Positions 9,737 to 19,236 of a DNA stretch of 36,237 nucleotides are shown here, one piece after another; position 1 is the stretch's first letter; the number at the start of each line of letters is the position of its first letter. A model generated the notes under the pieces. It saw only the letters and a list, made by a program, of their open reading frames with translations, searched no databases and had not been told where the DNA came from. Source of the stretch: Candidatus Babeliales bacterium (GTDB lineage: Bacteria > Babelota > Babeliae > Babelales > Vermiphilaceae). The stretch is from contig JBIOKB010000006.1 of the NCBI GenBank assembly GCA_044451405.1, positions 1-36,237 of the forward strand. The letters run 5' to 3'. Made by a program: the position numbers and the translations under genes.

Positions 9737-10951
9737 TTATAAACCCGCGATATCACCTTGCTGAACCATAGGCACCGCGATTGATATAATAATAAATCCA
9801 ACAATAACTGCCATTACTATTAATAATAGCGGACCTAATTTTGCCGTAAGCCCATCGGCTGCTTCAGCTAAATCCTCCTCATACGTTCGTGCCACGGTTA
9901 ATAACATCGTATCCAACTGTCCACTTTCTTCACCGGTACCAATTAAATAAGTCGCCATAGGAGGAAACATATTTGTTTGTTTTAAATATTGGGTAATTTT
10001 ACCTTGTTTTATAATTTTATCCCGTGCTTCACGCAGTGCATCTGCAAGTACACGATTATCTATAATGTTACACACAATATCTAATGCTTCTGCCAAATTA
10101 ACCCCACCTTCAATGAGCATGCCTAAGGTGTAACTGAACTGTATCACTGCATTGGTTCGAGTGAAATAGCCAATGATGGGTAAACGCAATCTAATGCGAT
10201 CAATGGTCAGCTGACCCGATGGCGTCGATTTCCAATATCTAAAACTGAGTACTGAAATAATTATAAGTCCAATAAGAATAATATAATGTCCCGTAATAAA
10301 ACCTGAAATGCTCAGCAAAAGCTGTGTAGATACTGGCAGCTCTTTTCCTGAAGAAGCAAAATTTTCTGCCATTTGTGGAATTACATAGGTAAGTAGACCG
10401 CTGACAACAATACCCGCAACAATAAGCTGTATGATTGGTTCTCGAGTCGCATCTTTGATTTTGCGCGCTAATGCTTCTCTTCGTTCTAAATAACTGGTTA
10501 AGCGATCCAAAATAACTTCCAATTTGCCACTTGCTTCACCCGCACGCACCAGTTGTACATAAATACTATCGAAAATATTGGGATAACGTTTTAATGCATC
10601 TGCCAGTGATTGTCCTTCTTTAATGCTATCCTTTATTTGAATAAGAACGGTATGCAAAGTGCCAGTAAATTGTTCAATCAAAAGTTCAATTGCTTGTAAT
10701 AAAGGTACGCCCGATTTTAATAGAATCGCTAATTGGCGAGTAAATAATATTTTATCTTTAACAGAGATGCCACGCGTTGAAAGCCATTGCCACCAAGATT
10801 GACGGTTTTCTGTAGGCGCAAGTAAAATAGCGGTAGGAAATAATCCTTGTTTTGCTAATTGATCTCTGACACCTTGCACAGACGATGCATCAAGGTATCC
10901 CGTAACCTTTTTACCGTCTTTAGAAAACGCCTGGTAAAGATATAATGCCAT
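9737..10951 (-). CDS. gspF: Type II secretion inner-membrane platform protein GspF/PilC
   Basis: FTRQLAILLKSGVPL, LVRAGEASGKL, GEESGQLD; ATG at 10951 (TTG at 10957 also possible). Confidence 0.93.
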   Translation of the reverse strand: MALYLYQAFSKDGKKVTGYLDASSVQGVRDQLAKQGLFPTAILLAPTENRQSWWQWLSTRGISVKDKILFTRQLAILLKSGVPLLQAIELLIEQFTGTLHTVLIQIKDSIKEGQSLADALKRYPNIFDSIYVQLVRAGEASGKLEVILDRLTSYLERREALARKIKDATREPIIQLIVAGIVVSGLLTYVIPQMAENFASSGKELPVSTQLLLSISGFITGHYIILIGLIIISVLSFRYWKSTPSGQLTIDRIRLRLPIIGYFTRTNAVIQFSYTLGMLIEGGVNLAEALDIVCNIIDNRVLADALREARDKIIKQGKITQYLKQTNMFPPMATYLIGTGEESGQLDTMLLTVARTYEEDLAEAADGLTAKLGPLLLIVMAVIVGFIIISIAVPMVQQGDIAGL

Positions 10952-11080
10952 GCGCAACCTTTACAGCTATGATAGAAACAGACCCTGTGCTATCATGTAT
11001 TGTTCTTGAATAAAAAATTTGTTTCATGGTAGGATATACAATCAGGTTAAAAAACACCTATCTTAAGGAGCTTTTTCACT

Positions 11081-12034
11081 ATGAATGTTAAAACGTGTTA
11101 TCCTATGTTACTGATATGTCTTACTATATTTGTTAACAACGCACAAGCATATCAAAGCACTGACCGTACGCAAGAGAAACTCCTCAAATTTTATACCCCT
11201 ATCACTACCAATGCATCGGGCATCTCCCATTTTTTACGCTCCATGTATAATGAAGTTGAATACGCACAAGATTTTTTACCTAATGATTTTTCCCACGTAC
11301 ATCAACTATTAAGCCGTAAGCAAACTCGCGCCTATGCACAATCAGTGTTACGATTGTTTAGCAACGGACTAAAACGTAGCTCCTATGTTAACGCCTATGC
11401 ATTCGCGGGCATCTTAGAACAGTTACCTACACTCCTTGAACCATACTTTATGGTATCACGCGCCCAAGAACTTGATGCATTCCGCACCAAAATTAACACG
11501 TTGTTATACGCGCGCTTTTTAGAAAAATTTACTGATTTTAAGAGCAACCCAACCTTATTCTTTAACGATTTGTCACAAGAAATTATTGATGCACTCAATT
11601 CAAATCAATTTGATGTTGGCGATATTAGTATTGAAGAACTACGTACAACAACACTCATCTTTTTAGAAATTGCGCTTAACAAATTAATTTGGAGTCCAAA
11701 TGATACTATTGATACCTGGAAACTCGTGCGCAAAATATCTGATCATATCCTCAGGCTTGGTGAATATAACATAATACCTGATCCAGATCATTTAAATGAT
11801 CTGTGCGTCTCACTCATTCAACGCTACTGCTACTTTTTAGATGTTACTGCGCATGACCTACCCATCGAATTTTATGCGCTGGTAAAAGAAGATCTTGCTA
11901 ATGATATGCCAGTATTTTTAAAAATTGCTGAACAAGAGGATATTATTGACAGCAAGGTAAACCAGCTGCAACGCTCACTCACTCTATGCGAAGCGCGCGC
12001 ACGAGCATTTAGATATGGCATTATTACAGGGTAA
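11081..12034 (+). CDS. Hypothetical secreted alpha-helical protein, divergent from gspF
   Basis: Signal peptide ending AQA, SD AAGGAG, 317-aa ORF; no recognisable motif. Confidence 0.75.
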   Translation: MNVKTCYPMLLICLTIFVNNAQAYQSTDRTQEKLLKFYTPITTNASGISHFLRSMYNEVEYAQDFLPNDFSHVHQLLSRKQTRAYAQSVLRLFSNGLKRSSYVNAYAFAGILEQLPTLLEPYFMVSRAQELDAFRTKINTLLYARFLEKFTDFKSNPTLFFNDLSQEIIDALNSNQFDVGDISIEELRTTTLIFLEIALNKLIWSPNDTIDTWKLVRKISDHILRLGEYNIIPDPDHLNDLCVSLIQRYCYFLDVTAHDLPIEFYALVKEDLANDMPVFLKIAEQEDIIDSKVNQLQRSLTLCEARARAFRYGIITG

Positions 12035-12083
12035 CTGTTAATCTATCATGCTATTAATAAAACCGTAACTTTTAGGGACGTCT

Positions 12084-12686
12084 ATGCTTAAACATTTAAT
12101 AATGTGCAGCACATTCTTACTAACAAATTACCTACAAGCAGTAGAAGTTAAGAGAAAAGAGGTTAAGCCAGTCGGGCCATTAAAAACAACCTGGCGTGTA
12201 ACACTATGCCCTTCAGATAAAGCAGTTAGCTTTGATGGACTTATCAAGCCATATCGAGATGAAATTACAACCCGTTTTGGACAACAAAAAGCTGATGAAC
12301 TATGTGTTGTGGCTAGTCTCAATGTAACAAGTGTTAAAGATGCTACAAATACCGAAAGGATTGCTGAACTTCCAGGTCTGCCATCAGCAGCAATGTGGGT
12401 CCCATTATCTATTATTGAAAAAAATATTGCTTCTGGATTTTTTAAATATAATGAAGATGAATTTTGTATACCTACACCTCGAGAAACGATTAATGCGATA
12501 AGAAAAAGCTATGCTGCTAAACCTCGCATAGAACCAAAAGTTCCTAAAACTCAACAAGATCCTACTCCAGAAGAACTCGAAGAACTTAAAAAAAAATGTA
12601 ATGGCGATCCTCAGTTATACCATATATCTTTAATGCTGCTGCAAAAAGACAAGGAAGCTGGCGAGGATTCATGTATTATCATGTAA
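12084..12686 (+). CDS. Hypothetical secreted protein ending in a CaaX motif (CIIM)
   Basis: Signal peptide (...YLQA|VE); C-terminus EDSCIIM-stop. Confidence 0.75.
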   Translation: MLKHLIMCSTFLLTNYLQAVEVKRKEVKPVGPLKTTWRVTLCPSDKAVSFDGLIKPYRDEITTRFGQQKADELCVVASLNVTSVKDATNTERIAELPGLPSAAMWVPLSIIEKNIASGFFKYNEDEFCIPTPRETINAIRKSYAAKPRIEPKVPKTQQDPTPEELEELKKKCNGDPQLYHISLMLLQKDKEAGEDSCIIM

Positions 12687-12697
12687 CAAGTCTTACA

Positions 12698-12829
12698 CAA
12701 TCAATCAAAGAAAAAATCCGACAGTACTTAGCCATACGATCATTTAAAGCTCTTGTAAAAAAAGGCAGAGCTTTGGCTAATAAAAGAGGGCTAAAACCAG
12801 AAGATTTTGGCGGACCTTTCGAAAATTAA
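12698..12829 (+). pseudogene. 5'-truncated remnant resembling the C-terminal part of a CopG/ribbon-helix-helix antitoxin
   Basis: Own translation QSIKEKIRQYLAIRSFKALVKKGRALANKRGLKPEDFGGPFEN-stop, no nearby in-frame start. Confidence 0.45.
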
Positions 12830-12840
12830 TGTGAATAACT

Positions 12841-13011
12841 ATGAAAAGAAATAAAAAACTTGCTGACTATCAAGAATATTTACTTGAAGAACTCAAAAAC
12901 GAAAAATTTGCCGCCGCATATTTAAATGAAGCGCTCAAAGACGAAGATCCACGCATATTCTTGATTGCCTTGAAGAATCTTATCGCAGCCCACTCATCCA
13001 CGCACAAGTAG
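12841..13011 (+). pseudogene. 3'-truncated addiction-module antidote protein (HI1420-like), HTH missing
   Basis: Own translation MKRNKKLADYQEYLLEELKNEKFAAAYLNEALKDEDPRIFLIALKNLIAAHSSTHK-stop (56 aa, below ORF-track cutoff); AAAYLNEAL...FLIAL pattern. Confidence 0.65.
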
Positions 13012-13043
13012 CCATATGGTTATCCCCTCTTCAAATCTTTAAA

Positions 13044-13233
13044 TCCGTTCGTCCTGAGCTTGTCGAAGGATACCAACTCCTTAAAAAACTTACCCTTTGA
13101 GCCCCTACCCCCTTGTCCGCCGGTATCCCTCGAGAGCCTCGGGAGTAAACGCAACCCTTTGTGGGATACGCCTTTAGTCCTGAGCTTGTCGAAGGGTTGC
13201 CGAGCTTGAAAGCCCGGATAAGCGTAGGCTGGA
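13044..13233. repeat. Composite palindrome cluster: element copy C interrupted by units of a second REP-like family
   Basis: 19-bp direct repeat gtcctgagcttgtcgaagg at 13051-13069 and 13177-13195; left arm ccttgtccgccg 13111-13122; IR gtatccc/gggatac 13123-13169; right part ttgccgagcttgaaagcccggataagcgtaggctgga 13197-13233. Confidence 0.88.
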
Positions 13234-13238
13234 ACCAC

Positions 13239-13266
13239 TTGCATCCCTGAATTATTCTATTAGAAT
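13239..13266 (+). promoter_or_regulatory. Putative sigma70-type promoter of the WD40 gene
   Basis: TTGCAT-N16-TAGAAT, followed by AAATGGAG SD. Confidence 0.5.
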
Positions 13267-13313
13267 AGTTATATGAGGTTATAAATCCCTATCTCTTTAA
13301 ATGGAGTTAAATC

Positions 13314-15056
13314 ATGGTTAAATGCTATTCCCTTCTCCTCCTCACCCTTATGGCACCTGTAATGGTGTTTCCTGCGGCACTGGATCAAGACCCTGATTTA
13401 AGTCCGGACAGAGAACATCAGCAGAAAGAAACTAAGGCAGCGGTTGCGGCTCAAGACAACGTGCCATCATTATTCGATTTATGTAAGCAGGAGTTACTCA
13501 AAAAAGGTGTCCCTGGGAGCACAGAACAGGAAAAAAAAGAAAATACCGCTACCATCCTTAATTTATCTCCTAACTTACGTACCAATTTGGGATCATTATT
13601 TGTACCAAGACTCATATTCCCTTCAAGCATATTCCCTTTAGAGGGAAAACACATAAGTACATTATTACATACTCAAGAACGAGAGCACGATTGGGTAATT
13701 GTTAACAAAAAACGAGATCGAATAATGCTCAGAAATGGTAAAACTATTTATGTATATGATCCTAGAAATCCTCCTCCTAGAAATCCTATTGTGTTCGCTT
13801 CACCTTTGTATACTTTAAATCACTCTAGTCAAGTTTTCTTGGTTGCTTTTAATCAAGATGGAACGCGCATAATAACTCAAGACATTGATTGCTCTCATCG
13901 TCCTGTAGTAGATACTCTCCATGTATGGGATGCGCATGATGGAAAACCACTGTATTCTTTCTCTAATAAGGGAATCAACGACATAGCTTTTAATCCATCC
14001 AATAAAGATCACATAATAGTTGCATGCGATGATAAAGCTTATATATGTGATATAAAAGAAAAGTGCGTAGTACATACTCTGCAACAGCCATATAAACCTA
14101 CAAAGGCAACTTCGGTTGCTTATGTTCCCAATAGTAATCTCGTTGCAACAGGATTTGAGTCCCATATTTTTTTATGGGATACCAATACAGGCAATCTCTC
14201 CTCATATTTTTATTCTGGTCACTGTGGCCACATTAAAAAATTATCCTCCAGCGCTAATGGTTCTCGTCTCATAATCAGTGAAGAGCGTTCAGGATCTGTT
14301 TCTATTTGGAACATACATACGCAAGAGCTCGTATGTTGCATACGCCCCTACTCATACGATAAACATGTTGTCGCTATAGCACTTAACGCTGATGGAAGCC
14401 TAGCAATAACAGGACATGATCATGGAGAAGTATGCATTTGGGATGCAAATACCGGCCACCTTCTTTATGTATTACCTCACAAAGATGGCGCCTTTGATTT
14501 GAGCTGTTATATTAATTCCGTATCTTTTGATGAACACAATAATGATCAGATAGTAGTAAGCACACATAGTGGAGTATGGATATGGGATTTATCATCATTA
14601 AAAAAATTAGCTCAAGGTGATGTTACTCCAGAACAATCCAAACTACTCAAACTACTTTCTGATGAAGTAGAAAAGGAAAGTCACCATTATTGGTTACGCA
14701 CACATTATTATCAAATCAGAAACACCTGCTATGAAATAAAATGGTTTCTTAAAGCCTTTGCAGGTGTTATTTTCTTAGGCCGTCCACACCTACATGATTA
14801 TTCACTTCAATATCCGTGTGCCCTCTACCCCCTTGACCTCTCCATCCTTGCTCGCAAGCACAACATCCCAGTACAAGATTTACGCAAAGCGCTGGATAGC
14901 TTTGATCTAGAAGTTAAGCAATACATCATTAAAAAATATAATATACAAACTGATTGGTTTTATTGGCTTACCAGACCAGTGGTGTTAAAGAGCACAGCAG
15001 GTGTAGCACTTGCAGGTCTTACTACCTATCTTGGCTGGAAATTATTTAAAAGATAA
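13314..15056 (+). CDS. Secreted WD40-repeat protein with N-terminal BC-box-like motif and C-terminal membrane anchor
   Basis: Signal peptide; VPSLFDLCKQELL; repeats ending HVWD, FLWD, SIWN, CIWD, WIWD; terminal helix ...YLGWKLFKR. Confidence 0.88.
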   Translation: MVKCYSLLLLTLMAPVMVFPAALDQDPDLSPDREHQQKETKAAVAAQDNVPSLFDLCKQELLKKGVPGSTEQEKKENTATILNLSPNLRTNLGSLFVPRLIFPSSIFPLEGKHISTLLHTQEREHDWVIVNKKRDRIMLRNGKTIYVYDPRNPPPRNPIVFASPLYTLNHSSQVFLVAFNQDGTRIITQDIDCSHRPVVDTLHVWDAHDGKPLYSFSNKGINDIAFNPSNKDHIIVACDDKAYICDIKEKCVVHTLQQPYKPTKATSVAYVPNSNLVATGFESHIFLWDTNTGNLSSYFYSGHCGHIKKLSSSANGSRLIISEERSGSVSIWNIHTQELVCCIRPYSYDKHVVAIALNADGSLAITGHDHGEVCIWDANTGHLLYVLPHKDGAFDLSCYINSVSFDEHNNDQIVVSTHSGVWIWDLSSLKKLAQGDVTPEQSKLLKLLSDEVEKESHHYWLRTHYYQIRNTCYEIKWFLKAFAGVIFLGRPHLHDYSLQYPCALYPLDLSILARKHNIPVQDLRKALDSFDLEVKQYIIKKYNIQTDWFYWLTRPVVLKSTAGVALAGLTTYLGWKLFKR

Positions 15057-16367
15057 TTAAAACTCGGCGGCCAATAACACACCGGCAGCGGTAAAGAGGA
15101 TTGAATTTTTACCATTGAACGGCATTTGCGCGAAGAATGAAATAGTCGGTGTTACCGGTGCATCCTCCCGCAACGTTCCTTTAAAATCATACCCCAATTT
15201 TACAATCACATCATGAGCCGTCCATTCTTCAAGATTGCGCCCGGTGTTAACGATGTTGATAGGAAATGCGGTTGAAAGTGGTGTTATCTGCGCGCTGCCC
15301 TGTTTTAAAAATTGGTAATCAACATCGATTTTAAAACCCTTATAAAAGTCAGCAAATTTTACAAAGATATTAAACTGCTGAATCATAGCCCAATCGGTAT
15401 ACACACAGGTTTTTTCAAGCAACAATGATTGTGTTTGATTAAAGTTTGTTTTAATACGGCGAGAACTCACGGTACCAAATAAAGGTAACAGTTCAACATC
15501 TACCCCTGCCCGCATGTAATCACCAAAAGTTACGGCAAGATCAGCGCCGAAAATAATCCCGGTTGCACCATCACAGCCAAAGGCTAATGCAAACAGCTTG
15601 TCTTCATCCGCCTTTAATCCCGTAGGAATATTAAGCCCTAAGCGTGCATTTAAACGTACATTTTTAAGCAACGGCCGCTGTTGGGGAAAATCACGATCCC
15701 ATTCAAGTAACGCAACTAAATCGCCAACTCCGGTGCGATGCCAACCTTTTAAATATAACCCATCACCTAAAGCAGAGACGTTTGCAAAAAAATTATCAGT
15801 TAAATACTGCTTAACACGTACATCCGGATCAGCCGGTGTTGTGCTTGGTGTTTGATCCTGCCAGCACACATTTTTTAACCGCATGCTGTACATGGGTAAA
15901 TAAAGACCTATAGAAAAATCATTGGGGAAAAAATAGCGCCAGCCAAAGCCAATGCCATAATCCAATTTCACATCACCGCTTACTAAAAAATTACCCCGAA
16001 TGCCGTTATCAATTGGCGCAACATTCACCCCTTGGATTTTATCAAGCAGTTGCCCTTGTGGACTTGATTCACTAAATCCTTGCAACATTGCAATACCATC
16101 TTCATGGCTATTAAATATGCGCATAACATTAGCACTCCCATCTTCATCAAAGCCTTTGGCGTGCCCTATGCCACCTTCAACAAACATGGTAAAAAAAGAG
16201 CGCGTATCTTTTTTTCTATCAGGTTTAAAAAATATGTTATATGGACGTGAAAGATTAGTGTTCATGGCACATACATTAATAGCAACAGTCACTGCTGCCA
16301 GTATCATGCAACCATGTATGTAGGTAGTACGAGAAAGCATTATACTCATCCTTACAGGCTCATTCAT
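15057..16367 (-). CDS. Probable outer-membrane beta-barrel protein
   Basis: Signal peptide (...NVCA|MN; true start may be 16340), alternating amphipathic strands, GVGDL and LNIPTG segments, terminal Phe (LLAAEF). Confidence 0.6.
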   Translation of the reverse strand: MNEPVRMSIMLSRTTYIHGCMILAAVTVAINVCAMNTNLSRPYNIFFKPDRKKDTRSFFTMFVEGGIGHAKGFDEDGSANVMRIFNSHEDGIAMLQGFSESSPQGQLLDKIQGVNVAPIDNGIRGNFLVSGDVKLDYGIGFGWRYFFPNDFSIGLYLPMYSMRLKNVCWQDQTPSTTPADPDVRVKQYLTDNFFANVSALGDGLYLKGWHRTGVGDLVALLEWDRDFPQQRPLLKNVRLNARLGLNIPTGLKADEDKLFALAFGCDGATGIIFGADLAVTFGDYMRAGVDVELLPLFGTVSSRRIKTNFNQTQSLLLEKTCVYTDWAMIQQFNIFVKFADFYKGFKIDVDYQFLKQGSAQITPLSTAFPINIVNTGRNLEEWTAHDVIVKLGYDFKGTLREDAPVTPTISFFAQMPFNGKNSILFTAAGVLLAAEF

Positions 16368-19236
16368 TGAATCTTACAAAATCTCCCGCAACCATCCAGC
16401 TGCCTGAAGCAAAAGTACGGAGCATACACGAGATAGTAGAATTATTAGCAATATCAAAAATCACCGGCACATCATTACGCGCTGATCCTGGTTGTATATT
16501 TTTTACAAACGGCATGCTGCGTATGTTAGCGCTCCGGCTATACAGATTTAACGATCCATCAGTAGCACATTGGTTAGCAAACGTTCCTACATTTTTAAAG
16601 CAGGAGGGAATATTTTGGATAAATATATCAGGGTACGGCTGTATGGAACTATTTGTTATAGGGCCACTGGTAACATCTGCTACGGCAAAACGGTTAATTT
16701 GACCTCGGCTTTGTCCGGTATACCCATTTAATGCGTAAATGCTACCACCACCAGAGCGTGCAACATCTTGTGATCTTCCAGTTGGTGATACCGCAAGCAA
16801 TTGAATCACTGATCCAGCACTTTCATTTACTGTCACCGGCGTCCAGCTCATGGCAGTCGGGGAAGAAGCACTGCGCACATCAGCCCCATTACCCACTCTA
16901 AATAATCCTCCCGTTGTTGAAAGCAGTGCAAATTTTTCTGATACCACCGATGCAAGCAGCGTACCATTACCTAATGCTATCTGTAATGCTTGGGATGTAG
17001 CTAACGTAGTTATTGAAAGTGTGTTAGTTGCAAAGTTACTTGCACTCATATCAATACGATCAAACGTAGTATCTGTTAACACATATAAGAAGTTACCATC
17101 AGCATGCAGACAACGCACAAACGTATACGTACCAATGGTTTTAAAACTCATACCATTAAGATTCGTAAATGATGGTTGTATCCCCGTTGTTGCATTCCAC
17201 CCCGTACCATCAGGGTTTGCAAGTACCGCTAAACCACCCGTACCACCAACAAAAAACCAGCCATTATTATTTGCTGTTCCTATTTCACTAGCAACAATCG
17301 CATCAAGGTTATTAAGTACATCACCACCTATGACTAAAATCTGAGCGTTAGGATTTATCAGTTGGCCATTTAAAAATGATTGATTATTGTTAACCCACGC
17401 TTGCCCCGCATTAGGAACATAGGCGCCTGATCCATTAATAAACCCTGTTTCAATAAGTGTTACACCACGAGAACCTGTCGCTGCCATAACTGATATCGAT
17501 GAAAGACCGGGTGTTGAAAGCGGAAAATCCTGCAACCCTTGAATACCACCATTAGCACTCACAAAGTAACTCATTAAAAAAGTTCCTAATGGTCCCAGCT
17601 CATTGGGATCCCCGGATGACCAGATTGTTTTTTCAACCGTATTAATAGACGATGCATCTGTACCAGTTAAAAACGTAATATTACCAACATGAGGATTATA
17701 ATTCATACCAAAGATAGGCAGCGTAGTACCACCAGCACGTCGCCACTGCGTCCAATTTTTAACAGCACCATTACTATCAAACAGCGCCTGTGAATAATAA
17801 ATACCCGGAAGTTGTGCTGCACTTACTGGCATTGATACTGATACAAATACCGTATCTTGCGCAACTACCATATCACTAATAGCACCTGCGGGTAACGCAC
17901 CTTGTCCTACCTGGGCCTGTATGCTTCCAGAAGTAAAAATTTGTGATGGAGTTGTTGCTGCTTGAGGAAATTCACGGCGTACTAAACTGGGAATACGAGA
18001 AGGATCTGATACAAACACCGATACCGGCGTTGATGTTACATCCGCTAACGTCCCTTGTATAACAGCATCAGTAATTTCACCTCTATAATCCATCGTATTA
18101 ACCAATGGTAAAGCATAAACATTCGATTTCATTGCATCTGGCCCCCCATTGCCACCCACCACAATTAAATAATCTAATTTGGTGCTTGTATGCATCACCG
18201 CTACTTTTTGAATAGACACTTGAGCACCTGCAGCAACACCACCAATAATTTCATTCTGTGCCCCTGCAGTAAAAATAGTTGCTGGTGCAATTTGACTGAA
18301 TGCCACTTGAGCATTATTAATTACCTGAGCTACCACAACCCCATACGCCCCATCGTTAGCATTAATACCTGCGCTCGCTTGCACCGCTATAAACAGACAT
18401 TGCAAGCCGGTATCCCAATACATATCAACCACGTTAGTTAATGAGGTAAGAGGATCAGTTATTGCAAGAAATGTAGAAGTTCTGTTAAGTGGAGCAGCGG
18501 CAATAGCAGAACTATCAACCTGCGCAGCAACTTGGGTAAACGTGTACGTTGTTTTTTTAGCATTATTACCTTCATCAATAGTAACTTGGGTAAAATCAAT
18601 CAGCGCAACGCCACTACCTGGATCACCAAAGGTAGAACTTCCTTGTGGCAACACGGTTGCAAAAACCCCTGAACGCCCTGCATCCGTTGCTGCTATGCCA
18701 ATAATACCATTACTTGGATTACCGCTTGCATCAGCAATGTTAGTAACGGAATATACCGATAAGGGATTATTTTGAGTTAATTGTTCAACTAAATAGAGAT
18801 TTGATTGTTGTGCTGTAGTAACAACTACCGGCCGCTCTTTGCCCGCAGCGGTTAGCACATCCAATAATAAAATTCCCTGGTTGTATATAGGGTTAAGCTG
18901 CCCTGCTTGAAAATCAAGCGTTACCGTTTGAGGTGCAAAAGAAATAAATTGATTTCCTGATGTATCACTCCCATTGTTAAGCCCTGGCAACAGTTTTGAC
19001 AGCGCAAATGTTTGCCCTCCGGTAGCAAGCGCTCCTACATATACAGTATCATCAAGAGGACTACTTGCATGAGTTAAAATGGGAAAAGAAAAGGATGTAC
19101 CTGCTGTAGCAGCAGGGTCTCCTTGAATAACAATTGCTCCAAAAGAAATAGCCGTATTCAGCACTGCACAAAGAAATAGGCGATAACGTATCGCGTTATA
19201 ATAGCGGATCATAGGGCATAGCCTTTGATTGGTCAT
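16360..19236 (-). CDS. Large secreted beta-rich (propeller-like) surface protein
   Basis: 958 aa rich in G/S/T/N/A, signal peptide (start may be 19212), repeated FVGG.GGL and LLST.GGLF blade-like motifs. Confidence 0.65.
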   Translation of the reverse strand: MTNQRLCPMIRYYNAIRYRLFLCAVLNTAISFGAIVIQGDPAATAGTSFSFPILTHASSPLDDTVYVGALATGGQTFALSKLLPGLNNGSDTSGNQFISFAPQTVTLDFQAGQLNPIYNQGILLLDVLTAAGKERPVVVTTAQQSNLYLVEQLTQNNPLSVYSVTNIADASGNPSNGIIGIAATDAGRSGVFATVLPQGSSTFGDPGSGVALIDFTQVTIDEGNNAKKTTYTFTQVAAQVDSSAIAAAPLNRTSTFLAITDPLTSLTNVVDMYWDTGLQCLFIAVQASAGINANDGAYGVVVAQVINNAQVAFSQIAPATIFTAGAQNEIIGGVAAGAQVSIQKVAVMHTSTKLDYLIVVGGNGGPDAMKSNVYALPLVNTMDYRGEITDAVIQGTLADVTSTPVSVFVSDPSRIPSLVRREFPQAATTPSQIFTSGSIQAQVGQGALPAGAISDMVVAQDTVFVSVSMPVSAAQLPGIYYSQALFDSNGAVKNWTQWRRAGGTTLPIFGMNYNPHVGNITFLTGTDASSINTVEKTIWSSGDPNELGPLGTFLMSYFVSANGGIQGLQDFPLSTPGLSSISVMAATGSRGVTLIETGFINGSGAYVPNAGQAWVNNNQSFLNGQLINPNAQILVIGGDVLNNLDAIVASEIGTANNNGWFFVGGTGGLAVLANPDGTGWNATTGIQPSFTNLNGMSFKTIGTYTFVRCLHADGNFLYVLTDTTFDRIDMSASNFATNTLSITTLATSQALQIALGNGTLLASVVSEKFALLSTTGGLFRVGNGADVRSASSPTAMSWTPVTVNESAGSVIQLLAVSPTGRSQDVARSGGGSIYALNGYTGQSRGQINRFAVADVTSGPITNSSIQPYPDIFIQNIPSCFKNVGTFANQCATDGSLNLYSRSANIRSMPFVKNIQPGSARNDVPVIFDIANNSTISCMLRTFASGSWMVAGDFVRFNE

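Noticed and set aside
13051-13195. 19-bp direct repeats as a mini CRISPR array
   Set aside because: Only two units, the 107-bp interval is largely palindromic, and there are no cas genes
13020-13244. 74-aa minus-strand ORF containing FDKLRT twice
   Set aside because: It is a translation of the palindrome cluster, with no convincing SD or domain
12588-13538. A8-A9 homopolymer runs as phase-variation sites
   Set aside because: Expected in AT-rich, Lys-rich coding DNA; reading frames are intact
13761-13787. cctagaaatcct repeated at 15-nt spacing (PRNPPPRNP)
   Set aside because: Real, but probably a slippage duplication in a WD40 loop with no evidence of function
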